A DNA stretch of 62,946 nt, filler included, from Intoshia linei (lineage: Eukaryota; Animalia; Orthonectida): NCBI GenBank assembly GCA_001642005.1. It is 5 parts of 5 records of this genome, joined end to end, with 100 filler letters (N's around TTAATTAATTAA, not from the genome) between each part and the next. Parts side by side here need not be neighbours in the genome. Positions count along the whole stretch, not along the records: positions 1 to 25,085 come from LWCA01000510.1; 4 more parts are not named here. One strand, given 5' to 3'. Under the pieces are notes generated by a model. It was not told the DNA's origin. It saw nothing but the letters and a program-made list of their open reading frames with translations, and did not search any database. Positions within the stretch are counted from its first letter, which is position 1. Each line of letters opens with the position of its first letter. Shown piece by piece: positions 1-13,370 of this stretch. The position numbers and the translations under genes are program-made.

Positions 1-420
1 TAATAGATTTAATCATCACAGTCACTAATTATATTTAAAAGTAATAAAAAAAATTATTTACGTTCAGACTAAATCATTTATCTGAAATAAACCGAACGAT
101 GGTAAATATTATATATTAACATCAGAAGTTTCAATTATTTAAAAAATGACAATCGAAAAGTATTCACAAAATATTAACGCCGCTAAAAAAATATTCCCGC
201 AGCACACACACTTAAAGAATAATCATAAGTACACGACAAATTTTAAAATATAACATAAAAAACTAATTAACAAACGAAAAATTACCCATGTTGTAGAGCG
301 ATAATATACAATATATTTGAATCAAATAAAATGCAGTTTACAATAAACAAAACTTAATTTCAAAAAAATAATAGAAACTATAAATGTATTTATTTCATAT
401 TGAAATAATTAATAAATTGA

Positions 421-813
421 CTAATTAAAGTCATGAACACAACATAAATGAGGTTTTGATGTGTCTACGGGATTGTTAGAATTTTGACTGAATTCCCCGC
501 TAGGATAAGTTTTCCAAACATTTTTATAAGAAACACTATTTTCAAATTTGTCGATATCAGGCTTAAACTGTTCGAAATCGATTGGCCTATATTTCAATGC
601 AATATTTGAAGAAAGTGTATTGTAAGCTCCAGTTTGCACATATGGGTAAGCTCTTTTATTGACCAAATCATTGTACCTCTTAAGTTGATTTATTCCTCCA
701 ATCGGTTGTTTGTCGTATGATTTTGAACATGGAGCGGGAGCGTCAATAACATTACTTCTTCTTCTATTCCTCAAACTATATTCATCAGTGTATTCAGAAA
801 TCCAACGAGACAT
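421..813 (-). CDS. Hypothetical 130-aa intronless protein, possibly a ciliary microtubule-inner-protein type
   Basis: Clean ATG-to-TAG ORF with coding-like composition. The N-terminal WISEYTDEY resembles the (T/S)xYxxxY motifs of microtubule inner proteins, but the match is weak. Confidence 0.55.
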   Translation of the reverse strand: MSRWISEYTDEYSLRNRRRSNVIDAPAPCSKSYDKQPIGGINQLKRYNDLVNKRAYPYVQTGAYNTLSSNIALKYRPIDFEQFKPDIDKFENSVSYKNVWKTYPSGEFSQNSNNPVDTSKPHLCCVHDFN

Positions 814-904
814 TTTTATTTCAGATAGTATTAGGAAAAATTTTCAATTAATTTAAAGTAATATAAATTAAATTTTTAATGTTTTATCTGGAACGTAAAC
901 TATT

Positions 905-1247
905 CTACAAACATGAATTGGAGTATTCTTTTAGGTGAGTTATAGCCTCTCCAACAATTGAATTCTTTTGTTTTTCAATATAAAGTGTGTTCTCGTAATA
1001 TTGATCTACATTTTAAAATTAAAAACCAGGAAACAATAAAAGTAATGTTACATTACATTTATTAAAATTAACCTAATTGGAAAAAGTATATTTATAGGAA
1101 ATTTACCTGTCAAAGTTTCATCTAAATCGTTAATTTGTGACAGTAAATTTGATTCTACGGATTTTATTCTAGAGCAAAGCTTTTCAGATGTTGATTTAAA
1201 AGACTCAAGATTAATTTCATAACCACATAATTTATTCATCAAATCAC
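905..1247 (-). CDS. Last two exons of an unidentified helical protein; 5' exons unresolved (may extend to ~2063)
   Basis: Exons 1107-1247 (DLMNKLCGYEINLESF...DETLT) and 905-1005 (DQYYENTLY...YSNSCL*) join in frame across a GT-AG intron. Confidence 0.5.
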
Positions 1248-2177
1248 CTACATTTTTGAGTAAGATTTAAGTAAATGCATAATTAAATTTTCAAACATTA
1301 TAAATAGTTTCCATAAACTCTTATGTGGAATACTTTGCGCGTAATTGTGTGGGTTTGAAAAAGGTGTAAATTAGAAATTATTTTTGTTGTGAATCAACAG
1401 ATCTGAACCAATCATAATCCAAGATCTCTTTGGGACTCGACGAAATTTGTAGTAAAGGGGCCTCATTATTCCAAATTGAACATTGAAATTAGATTATTGA
1501 ATATCAACATTTTTTGTGCGGAATTTAAAATGTCAAAGTAAGACCCTTGGAGAGGTGACTAGGTCTATATAACACCGCATTGTTGATCAAAAATGTTAGT
1601 GGCTATTTTCATTTTCGGTGGTATCGAGCGAAATATGTACAGCTCTGTTAATTGTAATTGGCAAATTAATAATACTCCGAGTTATCTACATTTTTCATCC
1701 TGCTAAAGGTTAAATAGAATTTGTAACTACGAATATTAGATGTAAGAAAAACCAACACCAACTTGTGTAATCGGTAGTAGAGCCTTGCAACCGGTACGTG
1801 AAAGTCTTAGGATTAGAAAAATTTTATAAATCACGGGTCGGTGAATGAAATAGTGAGTGAAATGACGGGACTTGAGAGTAATAAATTATTATTAATTAGA
1901 GGACGTTGGACTCTAATCAGCAATTGTAAAAAATCAAAAACTATCTTTAATTTATATAAAATATTTTTCAAAGCTTTGAAATACAAAATGTATTTCATTA
2001 GTCATTGCGCTTGTAAATTACAGCTTTTTATATATATTTTACTTGCATTGTCCAAAACTTCATAAATTCTATTTTCTAAATTTTCTAATTCTTTTATTTT
2101 ATCAACTCTCATTATTTTTTATTACGAGAAATAAAATTATCTGCAAAATAAAATTAGTTAAACAATCGGTATTGGTA

Positions 2178-4810
2178 ATGGTTGTATCTAAAATTTTGAA
2201 TCGCAATTTTTTCAAGGTTTATTCGCATATTTGGTATTCTAATAAATTTCTTAATTTTAGATTAATACAATTCGAATATTACGTAGCAAATTTTCCTTTA
2301 CATCAGTTAATGAAAAGGTTTATAAAATAATATGTAAAATTAATGTAGTGATGTGTTAATTTTGTATGGCCATTATCCGCCATTTAATTGGACTTAAATT
2401 ATTTACTTTCACCATGAAAATATTGTTATAAATTTATTTTTTATTGACATATCGTTATAAACCAAGCTTTTATGATGTTTCGAAAAAGGAAAGCTAAAAA
2501 ATGATTTTTTTGTATGCTTTATGCACTGAGTGCATAATATACACAATTAGTAGTTTCCATTAACAATAAAGATTACAAATTAATTAATCAATAGCACATT
2601 AACATGATCTAAAAAAACAATATTTTAGTATGCTAATGCAATCATCGGAAATTACCCAAATGGCTATCAAAAAGCTGCACTTTTACCTTTATTGGATTTA
2701 GCTCAAAGACAGAATGGTATTTAAACATTCCATTTACATTTTTATATATCAGAATCCATCATCATAGCTCGAACACCCATTTTCATATAATTTTATTATA
2801 ACGCTTAAAATTTTTTAAATTCAGTTCCTATTCCAGATTATAAAATAAAAGATCGAACCCCAATTTTTTTAAAAATTAACTAACTAAAAAAAAAATCCGC
2901 CGGCCAGATGGAAAATATACATGACGGTATTTTAAATTACGATTTAAATTTTAAGTTAATGAATTAATAAGTTTCTAATGATCTAGAAATTATGAGTCGA
3001 TAGTATATATTTAAAATCTAAGTCCATGAAATATGATAATTCATAAGATATTACCGGTGTATTTTGTAATAAATTTGTAACTTAGATAGGGCCGTAGTTT
3101 GGTGGACACTGCTCTAGAGAATGGACATTAAGGTGTCACATCCATCAAAGAATTAAGGGCGATTAGTGCGGAAATGGTGTATTATCATGATATATAAAAT
3201 AATCTAGAATGGGGTGTTGCAAAGATGCCGATTCGAGTTGCGCTCAAGGAAAAACTAAACGAAAATTTTAATTTTTTTTATAAAATTTAAAGTAAATTTC
3301 AAATTATTTTATCCAAATTTTTATCAATTTTAAACAATCATTGTCGTGATGTGTCGCAATTGATTGCAACGATACTACTATTGCTGCAAAACTGGTCTTA
3401 TAGATTGAAAATATCTATAAACATTATTGCATAAATAACCGAAATTTGAACGTCGATAAAAACACAAAAATCGAGCTAGAATCAAATTTTAAAAATTGAA
3501 ATGTATAGTTAAGTGTGGGTGTTGAGACCATAAAATATAATCCATAAAAACTTACTACAATGTTTTTTTTGCAAAAAATAAAATTAAATTTACATTTTTC
3601 GATACGATTTTCAAAAGGATATTTAAAATGATGAGCGCAACTCGGATAAGTATCATTAGATATTTTTAATTGCGACATAATACTTTTATTTTTAAAATAC
3701 ACACATTGATAACTAATCGTCCATTAAATTCTAAAAATTTAAAAAAATGTGACACCCTAATGGACATACTTGACAACACCGACATTATACCATTTTCATC
3801 TTACGATTTAGCATACAAGCATATGCTTTATTAACTTGGTCATACAATAACTTGGCTAATTCCGATATTAGTTAAAAAAATCACTGAGAATTCAATATTG
3901 TAAGTAAATTTCCAAAAATGAAAAGGTTTATAACTTTTGTGTATGGTTATCGTCTCATATTTATGAAATTTGAATCAAACAACATATATTTTAAATTTTA
4001 GGATGGGTTTCTGTTGATGTTATGCATTACGTCGCAAATTTTTTGTCAATATCGCGTATGAGTGTATATGAAGTAGCAACATTCTACACCATGTTTAATA
4101 GAAAACCTATGGGAAAATATCATGTCCAAATTTGTACTTGTAGTCCTTGCATGTTGGGAGGAATTGGTTCTGATCGAATCGTTGACGCTGTAAAAAACCA
4201 TTTAAAAATTAATTTCGGCGAAACTACCAAAGACGATACATTTACACTGAACGAATGTGAATGTCTTGGTGCCTGCGTAAATGCACCCATGGTTCAAATT
4301 AATGATGACTATTATGTAAGCATTTTATATATCATGTTAATTATAATTTATAATTAATATTAGATACATTTAAAATTAAAATTTACCTAAATTTTCACAT
4401 TTTGAAAAAATATAAATCACAATTTTTCCATCAATTTGTAATACAAATAATGTTATAATATATCTTGTTTATATATTATATATATCCTGTTTTGCATTTT
4501 ATTTAATTGCCTTGACAATGTGCGCCAATTTTCAATTTTTCAATAAAATTGAAATTTTATTTAATCTTATCTTGAATTAGGGCGAAATTGAGATTGTCTG
4601 CTATTTAGTTCATTTTGTTTGTTTTAGGAAGATTTGGATGAAACATCAATTGTAAAAATTTTGAGTGATTTGGGACAAGGCAAAAAAACAAAACCGGGGC
4701 CACAGAGTCAAAGAAAAACATGCGAGCCATTAAAAGGACCTACTTCTCTTATTTCCGAAATTAAAGTAATTTCAGAACAATTTGATTTTGTATCAGATAA
4801 AACTAAATAA
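2178..4810 (+). CDS. NDUFV2: NADH:ubiquinone oxidoreductase 24-kDa subunit, 5 exons
   Basis: Exons 2178-2216, 2261-2317, 2629-2716, 4002-4315 and 4628-4810 splice in frame. Motifs: [67 protein letters not shown]. Confidence 0.97.
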
Positions 4811-4868
4811 ATTTTTTGATGCAAACATATTTTTTTCAGAATTTTACGGTACTTGTCAGTTCCTAACC

Positions 4869-5382
4869 CAGAGGTATCCAAATTATGGCCCGCGATAGTT
4901 ATCTAACAAAATGCAATAAATGTTTGACATTTCCAACAAATATTAGTTAACCACGCCCAAATGTCATTTTGGCTGTTGACTTTAATTGTTTACAATTTGT
5001 CAACATTCTAGTTAGATAAATAAATGTTTAATTTTGCGCATTAGATAAAATTTTCCTAACTTTATTCTCTTAGAATAAAATAATTGTATATTTTTAATTA
5101 GCTTAAACTGAAGACAATGATGTGAAAAATTTTTTTTGGGGTCAATTATCTCAATATATCAACAATTTTAGCTTTATTTTTTGGTAATTCTGTACGTGCG
5201 TGATACTAACAATGTAAATGCTAAATTTCACCGGAAATTGAAAACATGCTAACATTTTTTGTTTAGCTATAAAATATTTCAATATACAAATATATATGTA
5301 ATTGAATTTATAAACATTGTGGTCCGCGTGATTCAAAATTTTCTGGAATGTGGCCCGCAAGTTAATTAAGCTGGCCACCACT
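4869..5382. mobile_element. Degenerate hAT-type MITE
   Basis: Starts CAGAGGTATCCAAATTATGGCCCGCG and ends ...GTGGCCCGC...GGCCACCACT. The GGCCCGC subterminal motifs are shared with the 39282 element. Confidence 0.5.
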
Positions 5383-5497
5383 AATCGAATCTGTTATTTT
5401 TTTCAGAATTTGTATCTTTGTGCAAAACAATAATAATTGCTTGACAACACAGTATTGTCAAGAGGATTTATTGATGAAAACTTTATTGTATTGTTAA

Positions 5498-6495
5498 ATG
5501 ATTGTTATTTATGATAATAAAACAAGTGGAGAGTCCACTGAAGATAAATTTCATATTTATTTACTTCAAAAACTGATAAAATTAAACAGCACCACATTGC
5601 ACCTCTTTATTATTAGCTACATTTATATTTCTCAAAAATACTCGCGTAAATATTTACGTATATACTTGAAATTAATTTGCCAACATTACAAAGTTTCTCT
5701 AACTTGTAAAGAGTTGACCTGGATTCAAATACATATTGGAAACACACATGCCGTCTTAATTCACAAGTGTCCATATACAAATATTAATTATAAGTCGTAA
5801 TTTTACTTACTCTAATTTTTTTTAAATTTTTATCTAGAAATGATATTTTTATGTATTTATTACATCTGCATGCAACTCTGAGCGAAAGGTGGAGCCTTCT
5901 AAGTACACTTGGTGGAGGCCATTCTTGTTTGGGTGAAAAGTCTGATTCTCATGTATAATATCATAATATATTTTGGAAAATTAATATTCATGTTAGGCAC
6001 TTGTTGCAGGGAAATTGGCGATAGAGCAATTTCGGCATTCCAAATTGATTTTAGATGAATCGTTTCAAAGGCGATGTTACTTATATTACGCACTCAGTTT
6101 GTGTCAACTGAAAAAATTTAAAGATGCACTACATATAGCAAAGTAAGTATGAATTTACTGAAATTTAATAATTTTTTTATTTGATACAAGTTTATTCAAA
6201 AATATTAATGTTAGAAACCTTTATAATGTATGGGTTTTAGTTAACGGGTAAATTATTTATTAAACTTGTTTTTGCGTGTCTAAAGTTTATGAATGTATTC
6301 ATCATTATTAAACTTTAATTTAGTTATATTAGTATTTATTTTTTTAATATATTGAAAACTAGAAAACAATACAAATGGACCAAAAAAAATTGTAGTACGA
6401 ATTCTTTAATGGTAAATAGTTGTAAAGGAGTAATTTCTGTAATTAAAGAAAAACATTATTTGTACAATTACGAAATAGGTAGAAAAATGAAATAA
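5498..6495 (+). CDS. DUF4807 / C. elegans F58A4.6-like protein, 4 exons
   Basis: Exons 5498-5796, 5838-5952, 5997-6142 and 6363-6495 join in frame. The protein contains LSTLGGGHSCLG...AGKLAIEQF...D...RCYLYYALSLCQ...QY...CKG, matching the family pattern LSTLGGAFSALG...AGKIS..Q...DP...RC.LY..ISL.Q. Confidence 0.8.
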
Positions 6496-6516
6496 ATAAA
6501 TGTATTTTACAAGATT

Positions 6517-9500
6517 TTAAAACATTAAATGAGTCAATAAAATATGTTGCGCCATGTCATATGATCCTACAGATTTGTATAAAATCACTAAATTGTGAGC
6601 AATTTCAATATTGAGGTTATACATCTAAAATAAATATAAAAATCCAATATCCACAAGTCTGTCAAAATAATTTTTTTAATATTTTCAATTAAAGTCTTAG
6701 AAATAATGTTATTCTATTTGGGTTAGTGAATTCTTATATATTAGAAAACTACGTACCCTTATGGGATAAATCGTAATATATTTAGTCTCGGCGATTAAGC
6801 GATATTAATAATTGGGACACTAATTCATATTCAAAATGATTTAAATTCGAGGTTGGGAGAGTGCAGGCTTATGTAGAATTTGTTATTTAGTAATTATTTC
6901 GACAATAAATGAATCTATTTTAATTTAAAAGGTGACACCTTTTCACAATAAAAGCTTCCCATCTCTGACCTGCGGTTCATTCAATACAATCATTTCTAAA
7001 ACCTTGCAGATGACTTAACCGACTTCTTTAATTGAACAATATTTACTCAGGGACACAATTTTTTTAAATAGTTAATATGAATGTAACGTAATAAAAACTA
7101 AAACATGTTACTCAAATGTATAATGTTTTAAAAAAGTTCTTCAGTTATTATCTATTAAAAAATGGCAAAAATTTTATCCACTAAAGATCAAATTTTTTTT
7201 AATTATAATAACGACACGTGTTTAGTGGTAACTATTAATATATTTAAAAACCTTATATAAATTCACCAGACGCTCTAAAACTATTTTTACCACACACTGG
7301 TAAGTTGACATTAAATTTTTAGCAGTTAACTTAATTTAATGGCAAAGAAATTTTACCAAAATATTATGACTACATTAGTTTTTTATGTGTTTACTAATAT
7401 TTTTTCAAATTTTTTTTGCGACCAATAGTGGCATGTATTTGTAAACCGCTCCTCTATTTAATGTACCAAGTCTGTTTTTTATTACTTACAAACATCATGA
7501 CTGAGTCTATATGACGGTCCTACTATTTTAAATTAATATGTAACGTTATAAAATTTTTCGTATGGTGGGCTAAATTTTGTTACATCAGTAGGATAACGCT
7601 GAAAAAAAGTTTGGAAACATCTGGATTAAAGAATGAATAGATAAACAATTTTTATTTAACCAGGATACACTGTTGGATCTGCACGATCCTGTAAACAATA
7701 GATAGTATAGTTGGTAAAATATATACCTCATCATTTGGGATAGCACTTTTAAATGTTAATGCTTTGTTGTAGAAAAAAACAGCATACGATTTCATTTCTA
7801 AAAAAATACATAAATAAATATTTCTTACACTACAATGCATCAAATAATCAACAGGTTAGCACATGCTAACCTAATTCAGTTTTCCCTGATAACAAAAAAA
7901 CTCATCAAATCTACTAAAATTTAGACGCCTATTAATTAAGTTGACCTTTGACTAGTTAGATAAAAACAAACTTAATATTTATATCATTAGGCCATGGGAC
8001 ACATTCTGTATTACATAATGAGATTCTTTCGTCATCTTTTTTTAGGATCAATCCACAATATACAGTGAACACTTCAAAAAATGTGTAGTATTTATAATGT
8101 TTTGATTCATAATTTATGATAGTTAAATCAAATCAAAATTAACCAGCAATTGAATAATTCTTCAATTTTGTTAATCCTTACTTAATTATTGAATTTATTT
8201 TTTTGGTAGAATTAGATAAAGCCCCCTCGGAAGAACTAGGTACTGTTTGTACGTAGTACATAACAGTAAATCTAGTATAATTATTAGGGGTGTGAATTTT
8301 TTCACTTTTTTGCGAAAATACGACACTTTGCTCTAAACTAGTGATCCCCAAAGAGGTCCATAAAATGAATGTATTATTTCAGGTATTAATTTAATATTAT
8401 AAACATCTTCAACCTCAAAAGAAAATTTTACTAATTTTTAAGGGAAAAATCTATTTTTACCAAACCATGTCAATATTTCACAATTGTGAGATGCATTTGA
8501 ATCAAAATTTCTTTTAATTTATATATAGGTCCTATAATTTTTATCTGTCTTGAGCCGACTGTTAGCTTTATACGACCGGCTTACCGTCTAAAGTGGTCAT
8601 TTTTGATAGCCATCACTCATTACATCCGAGAGAGAATCAAAATAAAATTTTTACTAATCTCAATTTTTTTTATACCTATGTGTTGTAATGTTTTTCATGA
8701 GCACTTTCACGACCGTTACATTAGAATGTCATTCTATTATAAATCATAATTTAAAATGTAATACCTAAATAATGCATACATCTTCCAATATTAAAATATC
8801 TATAAATAAAATAAAACAGCAACATACGATAAAATTACACTTCCTGGCATTCTCCCCGAAGTTGAGCATATTTTTGAAAAAAGTATATGCAATAGATAAA
8901 CATAAAATGTCGACTTTCATGATTATAATATCGAACTGATCGTAATAAAGATATTCCCAAATACAAAAAATTAAGTGGATCCACATCATTCTAAATAAAA
9001 TATTAAACATGACACGATTGACAAGTATCAAACTGTTCAATACAAATGATTTTCAGAATATCATAAACCCTTCTTAAAAACTAATCTTTTCATTCCATAA
9101 CGATCCATTTTAAAATTTACAAAATTTTGTTTACCATTCTAATCTTACCAAGAAAATCATAAGCAAAACTCTCATATCCATAATTTTAAATAAATAAAAA
9201 ATGAACAATAATAATAAATTAGGTGGCCAAATCATTGCAAAACGAAATAAAAAATGTAGTTAATTTAAAAATTAAAATACACTATTCTCTACTATTCAGT
9301 TCCGTAGTCGGCTTCATATTTCCATAAATTTCTTGGTAACGTTTATTTCATCATTTATTATTAAAAAACCTGGACAAAGGTATAAAAAATAATATAATCA
9401 TATGTGATAATTTTGTTCAATTTCGTCGAAATTATCAGGGTCCCAAAATTGGTCAACTTCAGAGAGAATACTTTTGTACATTATTTACTCTTTACTTTAT

Positions 9501-11939
9501 TTTTTAGTTAATTGTTAACACAACTACATTTTTAGTGTATTTTTAAATCACAAAAATATCCCCATTACAAAAATTTCCCCATAACCACAAGATCCAAATA
9601 GCCATGAATCGACCACCTATAAAATATACGTTTAAAATCAGAAAACATTGAAACGCAGCATTAATCATATTCGATTTTTTGAGATGACTATGCGCGACAA
9701 GCAACCTCCAGGAATAAAATTTGGGATTCTGAGACAATGTAATAACAAACTTGATATACAAATCACAATCCACAGATTCAAGTACTTTGCTAGTCAAATT
9801 CAAAAAAAAATGAGTATATATAACAGAATGTTCAATCGAGAAATAATATCTAATAATTTTATAAGAAATGTATCCATTTCTAGTAATAATAGAAACTCTA
9901 ATAATCCATTGAAAAATTTTATCGAGTTTATCCATGCATCTAAAAAAAAGAAAAGAAATTAACCCCAAAATTAAATGCTTGGCAAGTTGATCATATTCTT
10001 TACGTTGGTTGAGTAAATTAAGGAGAATTACAAAAGAATCCCATAAATCCTTTTTAGAGTTTGTAGGCTTAATCCGTTGATAAAATTGGGTAACAATAGA
10101 TCTAAATATTTTCGGTTTAGGAATTTCAGAAAGTTTGCAAGTAATGTTGCGCAATTTTGTTCCTTTAGAGATACATTGGGTAGGTAAATAAATGGCATAA
10201 CACATAATTTGATTATGCGTCAATTGGTGTAAATTTCCAAAAATTGAATTTGAAAGTAATGTTACAATTTGATCGGAATCATTACAAAATGGGTCAGTAA
10301 GGTACAATTTCTTTTGAATGAATAATTTTGATTTTGAATACATTAAAATGTGGTTATCTAAACTTACTGAGTCTATAGTTAGATACGAGATAGCTTTTTC
10401 CAAATCAGTGTTTTGATAAATCTGTGATATGCACATTCGAGGTTCCATCCAATTTGTGTCAAATTCGATGCATTTTTCTAAAACTTTTATTGCTTCATCA
10501 AATTGTTCAAAATTAGACAAACAACTGCCATAGCCGTATAGTGATACCTCTTGGTTATATGTACAACAATCTACAAGGTTTTTATAAATTTCTAGGGCCA
10601 GATTATAATTTTCAGCGATACTAAAAGTGTTGGCTATTTTTAACATGATTTCAGAAAGCTCCAGATCAATTTTTTCAATTTTATTCAGTTGTAGCTTCAA
10701 ATTGATGTGATAATATTCATTAAATTTAATATTGTCAACAATTTCTACATTCTCACCAATGTCAATATGTTGAAGATAATTTTGGATGATTAAATTATAA
10801 ACAATGACAGCCAAATAAAACAATCCATTATGAATAGCTGAAATGCACAAAAAAGGAAACAAACACTCTTCCATTTCCGACAATTTAATAAACTTTATAG
10901 AGTCGAATTTTAGCTGATATTCATTTTGGTTATTAAACAATATTACATTTTTATCGACATCAAAGAATTCAACAAATTTAGCATTTTCAAAGGTTTGTAG
11001 ACATTTTTTGAAATAACTTTTATTAAAATAATAATTGATGACCTTTTTTTTTTCCTCCAAGGTAGTCAAGTGTGGATGATGATGAATAGCATTATAGATA
11101 AGTCGGACAGGTCGATCAGATTCTTCTTGTTTATTTTTTAGATTTGAAATTATATCCCTAACCAAATCAATATATTTTTGAGAGTTCTGACTGGCCAAAA
11201 CATTGAGCAATTTAATGTAAGCTGAAAAAAGCAAATTATTATCATATTCAAGTAAATGGCAAAGTCGCCAATGTATTCTCAAGTCTTTGTTGTCTATTTG
11301 AAGCGCCTTTTTAAGATATTTAACAGCTTCTTGTTTACTTTTATTTTCAGCTAGATCTGATAAAATCAACCATCTTTCATAATTTTTTGGGTTCAAATAA
11401 GCCGCATATTTAAGAAATGTAAAATATTTTTTTGTGTCTCCCTTTTCCATGTAACATTGTGCTATCGTTTCGTATGCTTCCCAATTGTACGGTATTCGTT
11501 TTATTATTGTTGTAGCAATTTTTATTGATATGTCAAATTGTCTTCTAATGAAATGCATATTTGCTTGACCCAGTAATCCCGATAAATATGGTGGCAATTT
11601 TTTCAACATTTTCATGTTTTCTAATTCGTCAAGTTTTTCCAATTTGTTTTCGTTTAGATCGTCCAGTTCATTGAAATTTGTATATACGTTCATTTCAATG
11701 TTTTCTGAAATTTTCATGTCCATTTCTTCTTCTAGATCTGGATTTTGATCATCAGCTTCATCGCTGACGCATTTAGTCAAATGTGGATTTACAATGTCGA
11801 TTATGTTTATATCCATATCCACAAAGTCGTCTTTGTATAAATCTTCATTTTCATCATCTTGGGTTTTGTTTACTTGATCAAAATCTATTTCCGTCATATT
11901 TATATCGTCCTGTATCGATTCGTTCATTTCTTGGTCCAT
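6517..11939 (-). CDS. GTF3C3: General transcription factor IIIC subunit 3 (TFIIIC102, TPR protein)
   Basis: A ~2.3-kb first exon encodes an acidic N-terminus, LPPYLSGLLGQANMHF and TPRs. Downstream exons: ~8842-9040 (KYAQLRGECQE), 8765-8799 (YFNIGRCMHYL), 7727-7797 (AVFFYNKAL) and 6517-6624 (EIAHNLVILYKSVGSYDMA...*). Confidence 0.9.
8150..8276 (+). mobile_element. Helitron 3'-end fragment in a GTF3C3 intron
   Basis: Carries the CTGTTTGTAC-GTA-GTACATAACAG hairpin followed by CTAG|T. Confidence 0.75.
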
Positions 11940-12239
11940 TTTATTACAAAGATACTAAATTTATCAGACTACATTTATTATATGTAGTACTTTCATTCGA
12001 AAACTAAAGAATATTAAATGATACTAGGAGATAGAACAGTGATGGTAAAATATATCTTTTCGCGTTAAAAATACACCCTGGAATACATTTACTTTTAACA
12101 CACTTAAAAAAATCTACGTCTTAAAAAGGACATTTACAAATTATTAACCCTTATACAGTGTTTCTCATGGAGGTGACTGTGCACCCCAAATAGTGAATGA
12201 TAAATTTTTAACAAAGTATATTCAATTTAGTCAAATATG

Positions 12240-12545
12240 TGAAAAAACCCCTTTTTACCAATATTTATTTAAAAAATCTAATTTTACCAAACTTTTAAAT
12301 AAAAAATCCATCTATCAGATCCCAAAAGAAAACATCCAATTTCACCAACCCACAAGGAAATAATCCCCTTTTACCAATATTTTTTTGAAAAATTATATTT
12401 TACCAAACTTTTAGATATAATATCTCTATCAGATCCCAACAGAAAAAACCCAATTTCGCCAACCCTTAAGGAAATAATCCCCTTTTACCAATATTTTTTT
12501 AATAAATCCAATTTTATCAAAATTTTATATCGAAAATCTCTATCT
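12240..12545. repeat. Tandem repeat, ~115-bp unit, ~2.5 copies
   Basis: CCC(C/T)TTTTACCAATATTT...TATCAGATCCCA...AAGGAAATAAT recurs at ~12248, 12365 and 12479. Confidence 0.8.
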
Positions 12546-13370
12546 GATTCGATTAAAGTTTAATATTTGAAACAAGCATTTAAATTTACTACTCAAAATA
12601 GGCTGTCATCAATTTAAATTTATTTCATGCGTATCAACAAAATTAAAAATAATAGATAAATGGACGTGTATAATGGCTAAAATTGAAATCTCATTTTGTA
12701 ATTGCAATTTATATATTACGTTATTTTTAAAATATACATTTGATAAATTTTAGAACTTTTAAAATCTCATATATGATATTTTGGTGCTTAAATTAAGTTA
12801 ATTAATGGTTAATAAGAAAAAAATAGATTCCATAAGTAAATAGGTTCACTTGGATATCATTGGAATCTAAAATCTTTGTTCAATGGACGTTGAAAAACTT
12901 GCTGAAAATTTTTACTTGTGACTCATTTTCTCTCATAGCTGGGAAATCTAGTTTTAGTTTTAATTGGAGGAGCTGAGTAACAAATTTTTTATTAGAAAAC
13001 AGGTCAGAACATAATTTTCGAATATAATCTCAAAAATTAACACTATATTTGATTTAGTTGCCATCATCGGGTAAAAGGAGTCGTAATTATGTAACCAGTT
13101 TATTATGTGTGATATGGAAAGTTACAAATAAAATATCTATATTTACCTAACTTTAATAATTCATTACACATGTAGTTGAGATTTAAATATGTTTAATTTT
13201 GAATACTGAATTAAAATTAAAATAAATTAATGGTACATCGGTAATCACGTGTTGCAGTATTATAGACTTTAATTTATAGTAGAAATTGAAAGTTTATCGA
13301 ATTAATAAAGTTATATTTAACTTAATTTAAATATACATGGTTATTTACAGAATAAAAATCAACACGAGTA

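Noticed and set aside
2340-2430. Apparent frameshifted NDUFV2 exon suggesting RNA editing
   Set aside because: Exon 2261-2317 (FSFTSVNEK) splices in frame to 2629, so this segment is simply intron.
9648-9962. Antisense ORF inside GTF3C3 (likewise 11783-12007, 5899-6093, 43551-43733, 43831-44052)
   Set aside because: These are shadow frames of real coding exons with no independent support.
12240-12545. Regularly spaced repeats as a possible CRISPR array
   Set aside because: The whole ~115-bp unit repeats with no unique spacers, there are no cas genes and the context is eukaryotic.
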